A stretch of 63,433 bases of DNA, counting the filler, from Folioceros fuciformis (taxonomy: Eukaryota), in the NCBI GenBank assembly GCA_049999805.1. It is 6 parts of 6 records of this genome, joined end to end, with 100 filler letters (N's around TTAATTAATTAA, not from the genome) between each part and the next. Parts side by side here need not be neighbours in the genome. Positions count along the whole stretch, not along the records: positions 62,002 to 63,433 come from JBNGIO010004224.1; 5 more parts are not named here. One strand, given 5' to 3'. This document shows, piece after piece, positions 62,002 through 63,433 of this stretch. The position numbers and the translations under genes were made by a program. Under the pieces are notes generated by a model. It searched no databases. It saw only the letters and a program-made list of their open reading frames with translations, and was not told where the DNA came from. Within the stretch, counting starts at the first letter, position 1. Every line of letters begins with the position of its first letter.

Positions 62002-62712
62002 TGATGTCAGATTGCTTTGCAGCAATCTGGCAACAGATGCGTTAGATCTTACTCCTAGAAATGCAGAAATTTCTATATAAAAACCAAGAAAATAAATTAA
62101 AAGCAGTTTTTTTGAAACATCTTCTTGATTTCTTTTTAGAAACTTAATTTCTAATAAAGAAACAAACACAAAAACATATTTATGCACACCTTAATGTGCA
62201 TTCCTATGAATGCAATCTGCACCTAGTCACGGCTCTGATACCATGACGAAATATAGAATTGGTGCAGATCAATTACGTATTGAGTAATTACATTATATTG
62301 TTCATAAACATAAAAGCATATTAATGAAGAAAAGAACTAGACTTAATCTAGAAAATGTAAAGGCATTACCTTTAACTAGAGACACAACCCTAGCGAAACG
62401 GTAAGTTGCTATATAAAAACTACATGCACATACACACTATATATGTGCTGAATAATAACACGAAACCCTAAGCAATGATTCAACACACTATCTTCTATTA
62501 TCCCTCCTGCACCTGCACAAACCATAATTAGATACTGAACAAAAATAATTAATCAAGTTGAACTTAGGGTTTGTCTACTTACCTGTTCAGGTCTTAACCG
62601 TCAAGCTATGCAGTGAGTTCCCTGTTAGCTTGCAGCACTCTGTCTCCGCTTCATGCTCAAATACTTCTTTGATAGTGATAGTGATAGCGACATAGATGAG
62701 GACCCTGCCACA
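62002..62712 (-). mobile_element. 5' end of an LTR element: LTR 62712-62244 (TG...CA), tRNA-iMet PBS 62243-62231, leader
   Basis: GGCTCTGATACCA is the reverse complement of TGGTATCAGAGCC and directly abuts a 469-bp TG...CA segment. Confidence 0.75.
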
Positions 62713-62722
62713 NNNNNNNNNN

Positions 62723-63433
62723 TGATGTCAGATTGCTTTGCAGCAATCTGGCAACAGATGCGTTAGATCTTACTCCTAGAAATGCAGAAATTTCTATATA
62801 AAAACCAAGAAAATAAATTAAAAGCAGTTTTTTTGAAACATCTTCTTGATTTCTTTTTAGAAACTTAATTTCTAATAAAGAAACAAACACAAAAACATAT
62901 TTATGCACACCTTAATGTGCATTCCTATGAATGCAATCTGCACCTAGTCACGGCTCTGATACCATGACGAAATATAGAATTGGTGCAGATCAATTACGTA
63001 TTGAGTAATTACATTATATTGTTCATAAACATAAAAGCATATTAATGAAGAAAAGAACTAGACTTAATCTAGAAAATGTAAAGGCATTACCTTTAACTAG
63101 AGACACAACCCTAGCGAAACGGTAAGTTGCTATATAAAAACTACATGCACATACACACTATATATGTGCTGAATAATAACACGAAACCCTAAGCAATGAT
63201 TCAACACACTATCTTCTATTATCCCTCCTGCACCTGCACAAACCATAATTAGATACTGAACAAAAATAATTAATCAAGTTGAACTTAGGGTTTGTCTACT
63301 TACCTGTTCAGGTCTTAACCGTCAAGCTATGCAGTGAGTTCCCTGTTAGCTTGCAGCACTCTGTCTCCGCTTCATGCTCAAATACTTCTTTGATAGTGAT
63401 AGTGATAGCGACATAGATGAGGACCCTGCCACA
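62723..63433 (-). repeat. Apparently identical 711-bp copy of 62002-62712 (LTR 62965-63433, PBS 62952-62964)
   Basis: Same sequence offset by 721 bp, separated by 10 N. Confidence 0.9.

Overview
Eukaryotic land-plant nuclear DNA: gene-dense, GC-rich genes with very short introns, which suggests a small-genome non-seed plant (lycophyte/hornwort-like, inferred). It is a draft assembly: five N44-TTAATTAATTAA-N44 linkers join six separate pieces, so adjacency across linkers is not biological. Recognisable genes are FES1/HSPBP1, coilin, IAR1-type ZIP transporter, a ZNF706-like finger, an MLF-family protein, a vacuolar-type GH32 invertase (with the 9-nt mini-exon), a trihelix TF, a HIG1-domain protein, a folate-receptor-like gene, ATG4, threonine aldolase (3' part), MUTYH, U1-70K, EMC3, a cytochrome b5-like protein and UFL1, plus an RPT2 pseudogene. 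Most notable observations: (1) intronless ATG4 nested on the same strand inside intron 1 of the folate-receptor-like gene, apparently sharing its first exon; (2) a possible in-frame EMC3-cytochrome b5 spliced fusion; (3) an unannotated box C/D snoRNA plus hairpin locus at ~37.0-37.9 kb; (4) a degenerate RLE-type (CRE/R2-like) non-LTR retrotransposon beside a CA-rich minisatellite; (5) a Copia element whose zinc-knuckle/PR/INT block is inverted between 6-bp inverted repeats. Exon boundaries and homologies were read by eye from remembered family motifs and were not computed.
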